The notes under the pieces are model-generated. The model did not search any database. It was not told where the DNA came from and saw nothing but the letters and a program-made list of their open reading frames with translations. Below are positions 37,679-51,560 of a stretch of 64,000 nucleotides of DNA, in pieces (within the stretch, counting starts at the first letter, position 1; every line of letters begins with the position of its first letter). The stretch covers positions 131,814,001 to 131,878,000 of the forward strand of contig CM059431.1 of the NCBI GenBank assembly GCA_030390025.1, read 5' to 3'. The position numbers and the translations under genes were made by a program. The DNA comes from Squalus acanthias. Taxonomy: Eukaryota.

Positions 37679-39880
37679 GACTTTCAACAAGTGTTGTAGG
37701 TTGAAGCTTTTCAGAAATAATTATGGAGTTTTGTACTTGCCAGAACACTCCCTGATACCAAAGAACCTTGAAATGACTAAAGAAAACTGTTGCCACAGCA
37801 GGAAGTCGCACACAGCCACTCAAACTTCACAAAACTGTCAGGTGCGGTTGATTGGTGATGATCCCTTTAAATAGCGTCGCTGGAGCTGGCTTCCTGCTGC
37901 TGCACGCCACCTCAAGCTGTCGTCGTTTTCTCCAGCCAGTAAGTTCAATGGCTATAATGAAGTTGTGAGATCGGGCATCAAGCGAGCGTTGCACACTCAC
38001 TGACGTCATGACCTCTGTGATGGCGAGGTCCCCGGAGATCGCATTTAGCGGCAACGCTACCGACAAGATTGATATGGCGTGCGGCACTGGAACCAACATC
38101 AGGTGGCGGTAGAGCTCTGAACGGTGTTTTAGTGCCATCTTGTGGTGCTAACGTGTGGTGCAAAATGCACAAATTTCTCCCCCCCCCAAAAATCTGTCTA
38201 TCTCAGCCTTGAATATACTCAATGAATGAGCATCCACAGCCCTTTGGGGTAGAGAATTCCAAAGATTCACTACACTCTGTGTGAAGAAATGCCTCCTCAT
38301 CTCAGTCTTAAAAGGCCGATCCCTTATCCTGAGACTATGCCCCCTAGTTCTAGACTCTCCAGCCAGGGGAAACAATCTCTCAGCATCTACCCTGTCAATC
38401 CCCCTCAGAATCTTATATGTTTCAATGAGATCACCTCTCATTCTTCTAAACTCCAGAGAGTATAGGCCCAATCTGCTCAATCTCTCCTCATAGAACAACC
38501 CTCTCATCCCAGGAATGAATCTAGTGAACCTTTGTTGCACCGCCTCTAAGGAGACCAAAACTGTGCACAGTACTCCAAGTGTGGTTTCACCAAAGCCCTG
38601 TATAGTTGTAGCAAGACTTCCTTACTCTTGTACTCCAGGAAGTATGCTGATTGGATGCATTTCTTTTATATATAATATAATTAGTAAAGTAGTGCATACT
38701 CAGGTGGCTGGTCTTGTCGAACTAATTGCTCCTCCCAGATCAGGAATACAAACAGGAATGGTGTTAAGGCTATCACATCTCCATACTTGATAAAATTTGT
38801 TCACCTACAGTCTGGCAGGTGCAACACTGGAATGATTAAGTTATTAAGTGCTCAGCAGTCTCAGTGCAGCAATGTCAGTGAATGGAGAAATATTCCCTGT
38901 AGTTGTGAGATGTAAGGCTAGCTTAGCTGGATGCTCCGTGCCAATATTTTGCAAGAAAATAAACAAATGATGCACAACTTCGAAAATCGTTTTTTCAGCC
39001 AAGTGAAATAGGCACTTGGGGCGAGGAAGTAAACATTGGGTCTGTCCTGAAAGAATGACTAGTACCAGTTGGTGAGTGTAATGTGGAAACAAGGTCAGAC
39101 TGTAATGAGGCAAAATGTGTTGCCTCTACTCCCTAAACTGGCTCACTTCCCAGAATATTGACAAGCAGTATGTTGTGCATGGGTTCCTAAAACATTTCAG
39201 CCATCCACAATTCATTCTTTATTTCTAATCGGAACTGCTCCAATAGTCTTCAAGGACCCAAAAGTTTGATATGAAATGATGCTTACAATGAGGGATCTGT
39301 GTAAAACCCTGTACTTGCATTTTAATGTATTTCTCTGCCTTTCTTGATTATGCTCCACAAATAGTTTTTTTATTACGATCAGTTCACTGAAAATGAATCC
39401 ACAGTTAGTAGATTTTGGTGGTGAATGTTTCAGAACTGTGCTGGTCAGTTTTATACTATATAATATGGTTAGTGATTTCAATTGGATGACACTGTGGAGG
39501 AATTCTCCTCTGCCGTCCTGCCTGAAATCTGGCAGGTTCACGGCAAAGAATGTCAGAAAATGTGGGCGGTGAGGCCTACTGCTACCTCACTGCCTGACCG
39601 GCATTTCCCTCCCTGCCTGTACCACTGCTGTCCACTCCTGTCCCACCCACCACATGTAAATGGTGGCTGGGGTAGGGCCCTGGGATCCCAGCGGATTTCC
39701 TTGCCCTCTGCCATACTTACCATCACTTTCTGGGGCTGCCATGTGCTGGAGATGGCTGTAGACCCAGAAGTGGCAGTAAATATCCAAATGGAAGGCGAGG
39801 GTTTTGTTGCGCCCTCTCTTCCTTCTATATGGCCCTAGGAACTTACCTGCTGAAGGCCTCAATTTTGTCACCACTGCAGT

Positions 39881-41303
39881 ACATAGAAACATAGAAGATA
39901 GGAGCAGGAGTAGGCCATTCGGTCCCTCGAGCCTGCTCCGCCATTCGATGAGATCATGGCTGATCATCCAAACTCAGTACCCTGTACCTGCCTTCTCCCC
40001 ATATCCCTTGATACCTTTAGCTTTAAGAAATATATCTAACTCATTCTTGAATATATTTAATGACTTGGCCTCAACTACCTTCTGTGGTAGAGAATTCCAC
40101 AGGTTCACCACTCTCTGGGTGAAGAAATTCTTCCTCATTTCTGTCCTAACTGGCTTACCCATTATCCTTAGATTATGACCCCTGGTTCTGGACTCTCCGG
40201 CTATCGTGAACATTCTTCCTGCATCTAGTTTGTCCAGACCTGTCAGAATTTTATGTGTTTCGATGAGATCCCCTCTCATTCTTCTATACTCCAGCGAGTA
40301 TAAGCCCAATCGACCCAATCTCTCCTCATATGTCATTCCTGCCATCCCAGGTATCAGCCTTGTGAATCTTCGCTGAACTCCTTCCATGGCAAGAACATCC
40401 TTCCTCAGATAAGGCGACCAAAACTGCACACAGTACTCAAGGTGTGGTCTCACCAAGGCCCTGTACAACTGCAGCAGGGCATCCCTGTTCCTATACTCAA
40501 ACCCTTTCGCTATGAAGGCCAACATACCATTTGCCTACTTCACCGCCTGCTGCACCTGCATGCTTACCTTCAGCGACTGGTGCACAAGGACACCCAGGTC
40601 TCGTTGCACTTCCCCTTCTCCCAATCTATTGCCATTCAGATAATAGTCTGCCTTTCTGTTTTTGACACCAAAGTGGATAACCTCGCATTTATCCACGTTA
40701 TATTGCATCTGCCACGCTTCTGCCCACTCACCCAACCTGTCCAAATCACCTGGAGTTTCTTGGTATTCTCCTCGCAGCACACACTCCCACCCAGCTTTGT
40801 GTCATCTGCAAACTTGGAGATATTACATTTAGTTCCCTTATCTAGATCATTAATGTATATTGTGCATAGCTGGGGTCCTAGGACCGATCCCTGCGGTACC
40901 CCACTAGTCACTGCTTGCCACTCGGAAAAAGACCCATTAATTCCTACTCTCTGCTTTCTGTCCGCCAACCAGTTCTCTATCCAAGTCAATACTTTGCCCC
41001 CAATCCCATGTGACTTAACTTTGCACGCTAATCTCTTATGCGGGACCTTATCGAAAGCCTTTTGAAAGTCCAAATACACCACATCTACTGGTTCTCCCTT
41101 ATCTATTTTCCCAGTTACATCCTCAAAAAATTCCAGTAGATTAGTCAAGCACGATTTACCTTTTGTAAATCCATGTTGACTTTGTCTGATCCTGTCACTG
41201 TTTTTCAAGTGCTCTGCTATTACATCCTTTATAATGGACTCTAGCATTTTCCCCACTACCGATGTCAGGCTTACCGGTCTGTAATTCCCCGCTTTCTCTC
41301 TAC
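39881..41303 (-). mobile_element. 5'-truncated CR1 LINE (HER1-type tail)
   Basis: ORFs 40636-41256, 40535-40780 and 39974-40525 with RT motifs and one frameshift; tail TTTCTATG. Confidence 0.95.
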
Positions 41304-42881
41304 CACCCTACCACTGGAGCTTTCTGGTTTGTAAGAGGGGGGCTATCTCTTGACAGCGGGAATCCCACCAGGAGCCCGCTGCGCACGTCTAATGAGCCCC
41401 AACCCAGGAAAATAGGTTGGGGTTGGAGTAGACATATCGCCAAAACTTTGCTTCAAAGAAGAAAATTCAGGCAGGAAATTTAATGGACAGATTGCTTAAC
41501 TATTCAATCTTACTCAAAACAATAATGTGGCCAAGCACATCAAGTAATGAAAATCATTGGGTTTGGTGTCATATTTTCTGCTTTTGTTGTTTTTCAGAGT
41601 TCTAATGATTACATCATAATATCGTTCTTCATGCTGTTGCTTTGGTGACACAATAGTTGTGGGCAAAGGTCATACTTTGGGGAGGACATGAGTGAATATA
41701 GAACAAATCAACAAAGATTTCATAGGGGAGAGGAGGAGAGAAATGCTTCTTTTTGTCCCAAAGTGCAGTATATTGGGCTGCCAAACTGAACCACAGAGAT
41801 CAGGAAAGCCCCAGGTTCTGTGGTGAGTTAGCTGATCTCAGCCAGGTGCAGTAGGGGCAACATAAATGGGCTTAGTGTCCTTTTGTTAGGAATGGGAAAA
41901 TCAGCAGGAAGCCTAGTGGTGAGCCCTTTGGGTAGTGGCAGGAAAGCCCTGAAGTATCAGGATGGAGAGAGAGGGCCTCCCCTCCTTCCACTTTGGCCCT
42001 TAGCACAAACTGTTTTAGGCTTTGGTCTTGGCCAAGTCCTAAAATAAAGGTTGCCATCCTCTTCAGAGCTCTTTCACCCCCTTTAAATTGGTGGCCATCT
42101 CTTCTAATGCTGCAGCACCCCTGAAAGTTTCCAGCTCCACAACTGCGGGCTCCCTTTTGGTGGCGGGGGTCCTGCTGAGATAATGCTGCAAGTATGGGAG
42201 CGGCTTTGATGAATAACCGTGAAATTGGGGTTTGAAACTGACCTGAGCACACAGCAATACTCAGCCATCAATAAAATTTCCTGGGTTATCATCAGATGGC
42301 AGCGTTGTATAATCTAGTGCAGGAAGCACCAGAGCACACAGTGGAGCCAGTTTGATGATGGAAAATGTGTGGCAGAAACATTGCTGCCTCCCACGAGGCA
42401 CAAGGTATTTACTTAAATGTAGGAAATTATATAAACGCGTAAGCACTTCAGACTGAAGGTGATTCCCCCTAAGCTTTTCCTCTCCTTCAAATAAAACAAA
42501 TAATTACAAATGAACACATTAAGAAGTCAGTTAATTAACAGGTAAAGGTCAAATTGAATAGATAAATGTCCACTTGTATTCATGTGCCATCTGGCCATCT
42601 GGCACCCTCTGTGACCTTGATCTCAACACAAAGTCTGACTTTGTTTACACCAATGCACATTAAAAGATCACTGGGTCATATTTTGTTTTGTTTTGTGCAT
42701 TAATTTTAAGAAAAAACAAATGTGTAGAAACAGAGCTGCAGAAAATGATAAACTATTCTCCCGTTTGTATCGTTACTCTGCGTAGTGATCACATCTTTAG
42801 ACAGGTTCATGCAAATGAGCAAAAAACCCAGCTTTTTGCTTCTTAACACCAATTATGAGAAACTTGTGCAGAATTACACTT

Positions 42882-42900
42882 GGGGGGGGGGGGGGGGGGG
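42882..42900. repeat. Poly-G tract (19 nt)
   Basis: Direct reading. Confidence 0.95.
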
Positions 42901-43329
42901 CGGGGAAAGAGATAAACAAGAATCGTGAGTATTGAACTCCAGGTCAGACCCAGTGTTAGTCAGCTTAATGGCAGGAATGTTGAAATGTTGGCACAGCTTT
43001 CAGAGAATAGGGTCATAAAAGTTAAATCAAGAAGGTTGTAATGCACAACTAATTTTTAAAAAGTTGACACTTGTAAAAACACAAATGATGTGATCTACAT
43101 CAGTCCTCCAGTAGATGTAGTTCCTTTGGCCACGGGCAGTGCAATCCATTGACTGCGAACAGAACACAAAATCAGGGACACTATTGCCATTTCTACTGTC
43201 CTGTAGGGTTCTCCCACTTGTCTGCAGTTTAAACTTTGCTTTCTTATGTATGTCTTCAGTACATGAGCAAAGCAGTTAGAAGAAGAATATCTTGTGCAAA
43301 ATATAAACTGCTGCATTCCTTTTTGTACT

Positions 43330-43730
43330 AGATTGTTAAGCATGTGCATATCCTCTCTAAGTTTGACTAGTTTATGAATTATCTCCCCCTTTCTGTCTTA
43401 AATATATTTATATCTTTTTTGATCTCTTCTTCCAATGTGATGCCCACCTTGTTAGTCTCCCTGGTAAATACTGAGGCAAAGTAATTATTCAATATTTCTG
43501 CCATTGCACTGCCATTACCGGAGAGTTTATCTTGTGCATCCCTTAGTGGCCCTATCCCTACCTTATTTTCCTTTTGTTACTTATGTGTCTATAGAATACG
43601 TTACTATTTATTTTTATATTCCTTGATAATTTAATTTTGTAGTTCCTCTTTGCCTTCCTAATTGTTTTTTGACTCCTTTCCTAACTTCTTCGTATTCCCT
43701 TTTGTCATCCTCTCCTTTATTGTCTATGTC
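43330..43730 (-). mobile_element. Degraded internal CR1 ORF2 fragment
   Basis: The minus reading gives GIGPLRDAQDKL..MAEILNNYFASVFT, the CR1 linker upstream of RT. Confidence 0.7.
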
Positions 43731-44261
43731 AAAGCTGTACCTCTTGCTCAGCGCTCAGCGAGAAATTGTATATTTTGCTACTTCAAAATGTTACACCTAC
43801 AGCTGCTTATGTGCTTCAGGGAATTAAATAATTTGGGAAGTGTCCATGATAATGCAAACTCTGTCTGCTCTGTTGGAAATGGGCTTGATGAACCAAACAG
43901 CTTTTACTCATTCGATAGTTTCTAATGTTATTCTCAATAAATTAACTTAGAATTGGATTGTATGAAAAGCATATGGCAGTTCGTTGACATGTCTCTTATA
44001 AATGATTGTGGAACATTGTACAAAACTTGTACTGTAGCTTTAGTTTATATCATCAGGCCATTTTCTAAATTCAGTACTCCCCCTTACAGTGCCAACTATG
44101 CTTTGACCACATTTGGATATTAGAATGAAGACAGCAATATAACAAAGTCTGCACCTCAGAACCTGATCTCCTGATGCTAAAAATAGACCTGAGTCATAAA
44201 TTCTAAGACCAAATTTAGAACAAAGCCATTCATGCAAATACTTTTTGCAAGTATTCACACA

Positions 44262-44680
44262 GTGTCAGCTGTGGCTCAGTGGGTAGCACTCTTGCCTCTA
44301 AGTCAGAAGGTTGTGGGTTCAAGTGCCCACTCCAGAGACATTGAGCACAAAAGAAAATCTAAGCTGACACTCCAGTGCAGTACTGATGGAGTGCTGCACT
44401 GTCGGAGGTGCCATCTTTCGGATGAGACTTTGAACTGAGGCCCCATCTTCCCTCTAAGATGGATGTAAAAGAGTTAACTCCAGTGTCCTAGCCAATATTT
44501 ATCCCTCAATCAACATTACAAAAACAGATTATCTGGTCATTATCATATTGCCGTTTGTGGGAGCTACCATGTTTTCTACATTACAACAGTGACTCCACTT
44601 CAAAAAGTACTTCATTGGCTGTAAAGCACTTTGGGACATCCGGTGGTCGTGAAAAGCACTATATAAATGTAAGCCTTCTT
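44262..44680 (+). mobile_element. DeuSINE-family SINE (SacSINE1-like)
   Basis: A box TGGCTCAGTGG, B-like GGTTCAAGT, Deu-domain-like GTGCTGCACTGTCGGAGGTGCCATCTTTCGGATGAGAC, and L2-type tail AAGCACTTTGGGACATC..CTATATAAATG. Confidence 0.85.
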
Positions 44681-45529
44681 TTATCTTTTTACTTTTTACC
44701 ACAATGCACATTTTATTCTACTTTCACAGTGCAACATTGAAATGTGTTTATGTCGTATGTACAGTAATCATTGCAGGCTAGTGCAATAAAATAAAGGATT
44801 TAGGAACAGGACATGCACAAAACAATATTGAAATACTGTGCCGGTGAATGCAGGACAATAGCAACAACAGTTCAATCACTGCAGGGTGAAAATAATCCAA
44901 GAGTTCTATTAAAGTACCTAATAATATAGTACTGTCTCTCCACAACCTAACAATACAGCAGTTTTCCACTTCACTGATTTTCCATGGCATCTTAAGGGAA
45001 TTTAAAATAAAGTATTTTTTGAAGACTGTTTTCTTCCCTTATTAGTTATCATGAACTGCCAGTTTTTGCTGCCATAAGCTGAAGTGTTGTCAGGCAGCAG
45101 ATGTATGCCCTTCAAAGCCTGTCTGTCAAACCTTGTGCCTGTCTGACTTGTGTTCTGTTGCAGTGAGTCTAAGAGCAGATTTGGCTTCCATGGCCGTAGC
45201 ATCATCAAGATTATTGCTTGGGTCAGCAGTAGCACCAGTGACATATCGAATGATTTCTTCCAGTGCCCTTTCTATCTCTGTTGGCAAAGCAATGCAACAT
45301 GATCATTCACACATATAAGCTGTTCAGTGTCAAAATCTGAGCACATTAGTCACTCCCAATCTCACTAATACCTACTGTATAAAAACAGAGCTCAGAAACA
45401 GATTAGAATCTGAATCTCAGAGAATTTTAGTACATTGCAGCATTTGATTCCCATACATCTTAATGTTGCTTGCTTGAGAACGCTACTGCCTTATTCTAAT
45501 TACCTATCTGGTCCATTGCCAAGGTGACC

Positions 45530-46140
45530 TATTTCCACCTCTGAAATACTACCCATTTATGCCTCTACCTAACCCCCACCACTGCTAAAATCTTCATTTA
45601 TGGCTTCATCACCTGAAGACTTGCCCCCTACCCATGCTGGCCTCTCTGTCTCCACCCTCCAGAGACTCTAGCTAATCTAGAATTCTACAGCCCAAACTCT
45701 TTCCCACACAAAATTCTGCACATCCAGCATCCAGTCCTCACCCAGCTCCACTGACTTTCTCTGTCCCAATAAATCAGCTTCAAGATCCTCATCCTCTTTT
45801 TCAAATTGTTAGCACAGTTTCACCGCACCCAACTTTCTTCAGCCATCTGTCCCTGGCCAAGTTCTCCATTCCCCTGATGCTGGATTACTGCTTTCTTCTT
45901 CCCTTTCAGTTTCACCATCAGACACTGATCTGTTTGCTGTTATGGCCCTGCCTTTTGGATCTTTCTTCCTAAACTACTTTATCTTGCTATATCTCGCCTT
46001 GTGTTCCTAACACTATTTCTTTGATTATGCTTATTGTCTCTCCATTTGCCCCAACTAATTTTCCTACTCGGCATTCACCTGCTCCTTTGTAAACTGCTCT
46101 GAGACATTCTTTTACATGGGTTACTCTATAAATGTACGTG
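45530..46140 (+). mobile_element. Degraded L2-type LINE 3' fragment
   Basis: Pyrimidine-rich remnant of the L2 C-terminus (CCAGTCCTCACCCAGCTCCACTG, TTCAAGATCCTCATCCTC) ending in CTATAAATGTA. Confidence 0.55.
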
Positions 46141-46626
46141 GCAGATCTCCAATTTTTATAGTAAGAATGGAATCCTCAAGCTATTGTGCCATTTTTGGCT
46201 GTAAATGGCTGATTACTATAGGTTAGAGAAACAGGATCTCTCTTAAAATCATAGAATAGCTAGCCATTTAGTCCCTTACAGTATGATTAATGACAACAGA
46301 TAATAGCTGTATGTCAATTGATAATAGAATACCCTTCCCTTTCTTTCCTCAATTTTTTTTTAAAGTCTTCCCCTAAGGCTTTCCATTCTTGGTTCAAGGA
46401 GGTAGATATGTAACCCAGATACTACTTAGTAAGTAGCTGCTAGGAGGTGCGTAAGAGTGACCCGAGATAACTGGCCTACTGATATCCCTGTCTTCCCTGC
46501 TTTTACATCCTGCATATCTGTCCAAGTCCCCAGGCACTCTGGAAAAGTAAGTGACTTTTCTAACCTGATTTTTTTTTGTATAAAAGGCTAAGTGTGGACC
46601 GGCATTAGCAGTTTTAAAGGGGCACT

Positions 46627-47720
46627 GGGGCCTAAAATCTGTGGCCGGACTTCTGTGGCCCTTCTGGATGGAACGGCTGGAAATTACACTGGGTAGTCAG
46701 AGATTCTGCAATGCCCTCTTGGGGGCAGAGCCTCTGTATGATCCAAACAAGGATATTGGCTTGGGGGGAGGGGGCGAGGACAAGGATGGGGGGAGCTCCT
46801 TATGCCGTCTAGGCCCAAAGCTCTGGTATTCTCTCCTTAAACCTCTCCCCCTCTCTTTCCTCCCTTAAGATGCCCCTTAAAACTTCTCTCTTTGACCAAT
46901 CTATTCTAATATCTCCTTCTTTGGCTTGTGTCAATTTTTGTCTGATTACAACTTGCATATGTAAAAGGTGCTATATAAATGCAAGTTGTTGTTGCTGAGA
47001 ATTCCTGCTTTCCTGGCCCTCAGAGGAGCTGAAGTGGGGCCCACTTCGAGTTCCAGGTCTGGAATGTGGCCTGGCCCTCTGAAGGAAAATGCTCAATTAT
47101 TTTATGAGGCTCCTTTCTAGCGGGTTGGGGAAACCTGGAGCCAAACACGTGTAGTACGGCACTCCTCTGCCGGACCTTCCAGTTCCTCTAACACGACGAG
47201 CAGCTTATATGCGCCCTTAGTGGTTTGGGCACCTCATTCAATGCAAAACAGGGACCTCCACCTGGCCCTACAAACTTTGGCAGGGTCGGCAGTACAGGTC
47301 TCCGGCAGTCACAACTCAAAACCTATGCTGGGATGCAGCCTAACCCCCAACCCCAAGTATTTTCAGAGTCCACTGCAGTCTAAATTGAAGCGGGTAAGTT
47401 TTTTTTAAACTTGGCTTAACACTAGGGCCGATGTTGGCTTGCACTTGCCCCCCTCTATATTACCTCTCCCACCCAAACCCCCCAGCAAACCCCTCTCTCC
47501 TGGACTCATCCGAGTTCCTCAGCCGGCTTCCAAGCCGGACGAAATTCAAAGGGCCCAGACCGGCGAGCTGCATTGGAGCACCCAATATGGCATCCGCAAT
47601 TTTGATGATGAGGCCCAAGGACAAAGTTAAAATGGTCCTCGGGCCTTTCCATTCTGACACGCTTTGGCTGTGCACCTCACAGATCACACCTGGATTCAGG
47701 CGCGAATGAATTTAGGCCCC
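46627..47720. mobile_element. Harbinger-type MITE containing an L2 tail fragment (~46809-46994)
   Basis: TIR GGGGCCTAAAATC / GAATTTAGGCCCC (12/13) and TSD ACT (46624-46626, 47721-47723). Confidence 0.85.
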
Positions 47721-48437
47721 ACTGTGTTTAGACCTAGAGAGAGAGAGCAGCAGAATTTGTGCGCACCATTTTCAACACAATGCCAGCACAGACTGCATCT
47801 GGGTGTTTGCCAAACTTTGTGCAATAAGCGTTGTGCTTCTTTAATATACATGTGGGATTTCTTATATTTCCCCAATTAAGTTGACTTCAGCCTGTCTGTA
47901 GCATCAGCATGAAAGGTAATTGTTGTTTTATCTTTTATTTTGGTGCCCATTAAGTACTATCCTTGGACACTAATGATTGATCAGATGACATTATGAAAAT
48001 GATGCCACTTTCAGCTGTATGACAGCCTTACTTTCACCCAACATTCATTGCTTTGTTTTCTGGATGATCTCTCACCACAAATAGTTAGGGCAAAAATCCT
48101 GAGGTAGATTTTCATCTTTGTTGCCTGGGCGGTTTTTGTATGAGAGAGAGAATAGTAATGCTACTATTTATGCTGGAAAGAATCACCTTAGGGAAGCTCA
48201 CTGACAAACTCAGATGTGCAGATTTTTTTTCAACAATTTGATTTTAAATCATTGAAGCAATTGTTTTCTCTGCAGAAGCCACATTGCTTCAAGGCAGTGG
48301 CTCATGTATATAGGGGAAGAATATTGTTTGTGTTCTGGCAATATTATCAGAATTTTTGTAAGCTACAGTTGTCATTGCTGCATTTCCAAGCCATTAGTTT
48401 TCACACTGAAGCCTCTATCCTTGACAATTATTTCAGG

Positions 48438-48543
48438 AACGTTAACTGTTTCTCTCCACAGATGATGCCTGACCTGCTGAGTCTTTCCAGCATTTTCTGT
48501 TTTTATTTCAGATTTCCAGCATCCACAGTATTTTACTTTTGTC
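48438..48543 (+). mobile_element. Penelope-like mini-element, copy 3 (starts at AACGTTAAC, hammerhead core absent)
   Basis: Sequence identity with the other copies. Confidence 0.8.
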
Positions 48544-49084
48544 TTTGAAAGAGCAGGTGTGCTTAGTCCCACATCCTCGCTTTTTGTCCGTAACCCTGTA
48601 AGTTGCTCATCCTCAATACCTGTCTAACTCCCTTTAAAAATTATTTATGGAATCCGCTTCCACCACCTTTTCAGGAAAAACATTCCAGATCCAGACAACT
48701 CAGTGAAAACATTTCTCCTCATTTCCCCTTTAGATATTTCTCCAATGATTTTAAATCTATGACCTCTGGTTATTGACCCACTCACCAGAGGGAATAGTTT
48801 TTCTCTATCTGCTCTATCAAAACCTCTTATCATCTTGAAACCTCTATTAGGTCACCTCTTAACCTTTTCTGTTCCAAGGAGAACTGCCCTAATTTTTCCA
48901 ACCTCTCCTCATAACTGATGCCCTCATCCCTGGTAACATCCTGGTAAACCTCCTCTGCACCCTTTCTAAAGCCTTTACATCTTTCCTGAAGTGTGGTGCC
49001 CAGAATTGTCCACAATACTCCAGCTGAGGACTAACCAGTGATTCATAAAGTTCTAGCATGATCTCTTTGCTTTTATATTCTATA

Positions 49085-49537
49085 GGGCTGGATTTTGAAT
49101 GACCCATGGAGTCGGGTTTGGAGGCGTGTGGGGGGTTAAATTTGCGGGGTCGGGGTTTCCGACCCCATCCCGACTCCATCCCGCCTCCACGCAATTTTGA
49201 CATAATCAGTCGCGGGGTTCCCGATTCCGTCCCGCCTCCAAGAGGCGGGAGAGGCCATTAAAGCCCTTAACAAGCTCTAAATTGGCTCTGTAATGCGATT
49301 TTGAAACGCTGTAGCTAGTTTAACCCTCTTCTGACGTGAAGCATGCCTGGTGTGAAACACTGCAGTGAAACCTGGCGGGAGCAGAAGTGGATAGCTGACT
49401 TTCGGCTGCAAGTGCACTATTACAACGGAGATGTGATGAAGGTGGTAGTGGTGCTAGTAGTAGGTCTGAACATTGCCTCTGATGCTGCTGCATTGAATGT
49501 CTTAAGAGACTGCCTGGGAGGACTTACTTGGCAAAAA

Positions 49538-49583
<46 letters not shown>

Positions 49584-49905
49584 GTCTCTCTGTCTCTCTG
49601 TCTCTCTGTCTCTCTCTCTCTCTTCCCCCCCCCCCATTTCTGCATCCAGGTCCACTCACATCATAAGCCAGGCAACCCCTCTCTCACCAACAGTCTCTGA
49701 GACTAGGCAGTCAGTACTGATGACATCATCAGAGGCGGGTTTCAGACTGAAAACACGAATTAGTTCATGGGTTCCCACATGCTCCAATTTAATTGCCCAA
49801 TTAAGTGAAAATTGCATCAGGCACCCACATTAATCTGGAGTCGGGGGGGAAACACGAAATGCGGATTACACGACTCCAACCCGACCCCAAGACAAAATCC
49901 AGCCC
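49085..49905. mobile_element. Harbinger-type MITE with an internal (CT)n microsatellite (49541-49623)
   Basis: Perfect 13-bp TIR GGGCTGGATTTTG / CAAAATCCAGCCC; flanks ATA/ATG. Confidence 0.9.
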
Positions 49906-49982
49906 ATGTCTCTAATTGTAAACCCAATAAACCCATATGCTTTTTTAACCACCTTATCAACTTGCCCTGCCATCTTTAAGGA

Positions 49983-51420
49983 TTTTAAAAAAGGAGGGAG
50001 GGAGAAAGCAGGGAATTATAGACCGGTCAGCCTGACATCGGTCGTGGGTAAAATGATGGAAGCAATTATTAAAGATGTCATAACAGACCATTTGGAAAGT
50101 GGCGACATGATAGGTCCAAGTCAGCATGGATTTGTGAAAGGGAAATCATGCTTGACAAATCTTCTGGAATTTTTTGAGGATGTTTCCAATAGGGTGGACA
50201 GGGGGGAACCAGTAGATGTGGTGTATTTGGACTTTCAGAAGGCCTTCGACAAGGTCCCACACAAGAGATTGGTGAGCAAAGTTAAAGCACATGGGATTGG
50301 GGGTAATGTGTTGACGTGGATTGAGAACTGGTTGGCACACAGGAAACAAAGAGTAGGAGTAAATGGGTACTTTTCAGAATGGCAGGCAGTGACCAGCGGG
50401 GTACCGCAGGGTTCGGTGCTGGGACCCCAGCTGTTTACATTATATATTAATGATTTGGACGAAGGGATTAAATGTAATATCTCCAAATTTGTGGATGACA
50501 CTAAATTGGGAGGCAGTGTGAACAATGAGGAGGATGCTATGAGGCTACAGAGTGACTTGGACAGGTTGGGTGAATGGGCAAATGTATGGCAGATGAAGTA
50601 CAATGTGGATAAATGTGAGGTTATCCACTTTGGTGGTAAAAATAGAGAGGCGGACTATTACCTGAATGGTGGCAGATTAGGGAAAGGGGACGTGCAACGA
50701 GACCTGGGCGTCATGGTACATCAGTCACTGAAGGTGGGAATGCAAGTGCAGCAGGCAGTCAAGAAAGCAAACGGAATGATGGCCTTCATAGCAAGGGGAT
50801 TTGAGTACAGGAGTAGGGAGGTGATGCTACAGTTGTACAGGGCCTTGGTGAGGCCACACCTGGAGTATTGTGCGCAGTTTTGGTCTCCTAACTTAAGGAA
50901 GGACATTCTTGCTATTGAGGGAGTGCAGCGAAGGTTCACTAGATTGATTCCTGGGATGGCCGGACTGACATATCAAGAAAGATTGGGTCAACTGAACTTG
51001 TATCCTCTGGAGTTCAGAAGAATGAGGGGGGATCTTATAGAGACATTTAAAATCCTGACTGGTTTAGACAAATTAGATGCGGGCAGAATGTTCCCAATGG
51101 TAGGGAAAACTAGAACCAGGGGTCACAGTCTAAGGATTAAGGGGAAGCCATTTAGGACTGAGCTGAGGAGGAACTTCTTCACCCAGAGAGTGGTGAATCT
51201 ATGGAATTCTCTTCCACAGAAGGTTGTTGAGGCCAGTTCGCTAAATATATTCAAAAGGGAGTTAGATATAACACTCACAACTAAGGGGATCAAGGGGTAT
51301 GGCGAGAAAGCAGGAATGGGGTACTGAGGTAGCATGTTCAGCCATGAACGCATTGAATGGCGGTGCAGGCTCGAAGGACCGAATGGTCTACTCCTGTACC
51401 TATTTTCTATGTTTCTATGT
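49983..51420 (+). mobile_element. Young 5'-truncated CR1 LINE with an open RT frame to 51327
   Basis: No stops from FKKGGREK through RT (FVDD) to the C-terminus; tail TTTCTATGTTTCTATG. Confidence 0.95.
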
Positions 51421-51560
51421 CTATGACACCAAGGTCTCTCTGCTCATCTACACTTTTTAAAATTGTACCATTTATAGTATACTGTCTTTCCAGATTAGTC
51501 CTCCCAAAGTGCATCACTTCACATTTCTCCACATTGAACTCCTTCTGCCATGCTTCTGCC

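Larger units (their letters stand above)
35577..38186. mobile_element. PIF/Harbinger element with transposase and Myb exon 1 in convergent orientation
   Basis: TIR GGGCTAGAAATTTG / CAAATTTCTCCCCC.. and TSD CAA (35574-35576, 38187-38189). Confidence 0.92.
35475..38635 (-). mobile_element. CR1 3' fragment split by the Harbinger element (pieces ~35475-35576 and 38187-38635)
   Basis: ORF 38148-38558 is the CR1 ORF2 C-terminus. The joined site TAGAGTC-CAA-AAATCT matches the unsplit CR1 at 18475-18490. Confidence 0.85.

Noticed and set aside
39495..41475. Additional Harbinger-like element split by the CR1 at 39881
   Set aside because: The GC-rich flanks are suggestive, but the TIR match is poor and no TSD could be established.
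49906..51327. 473-aa ORF as an intact novel RT gene
   Set aside because: The first ~26 codons are antisense sequence of the host CR1. The rest is a 5'-truncated CR1 ORF2 with no endonuclease.
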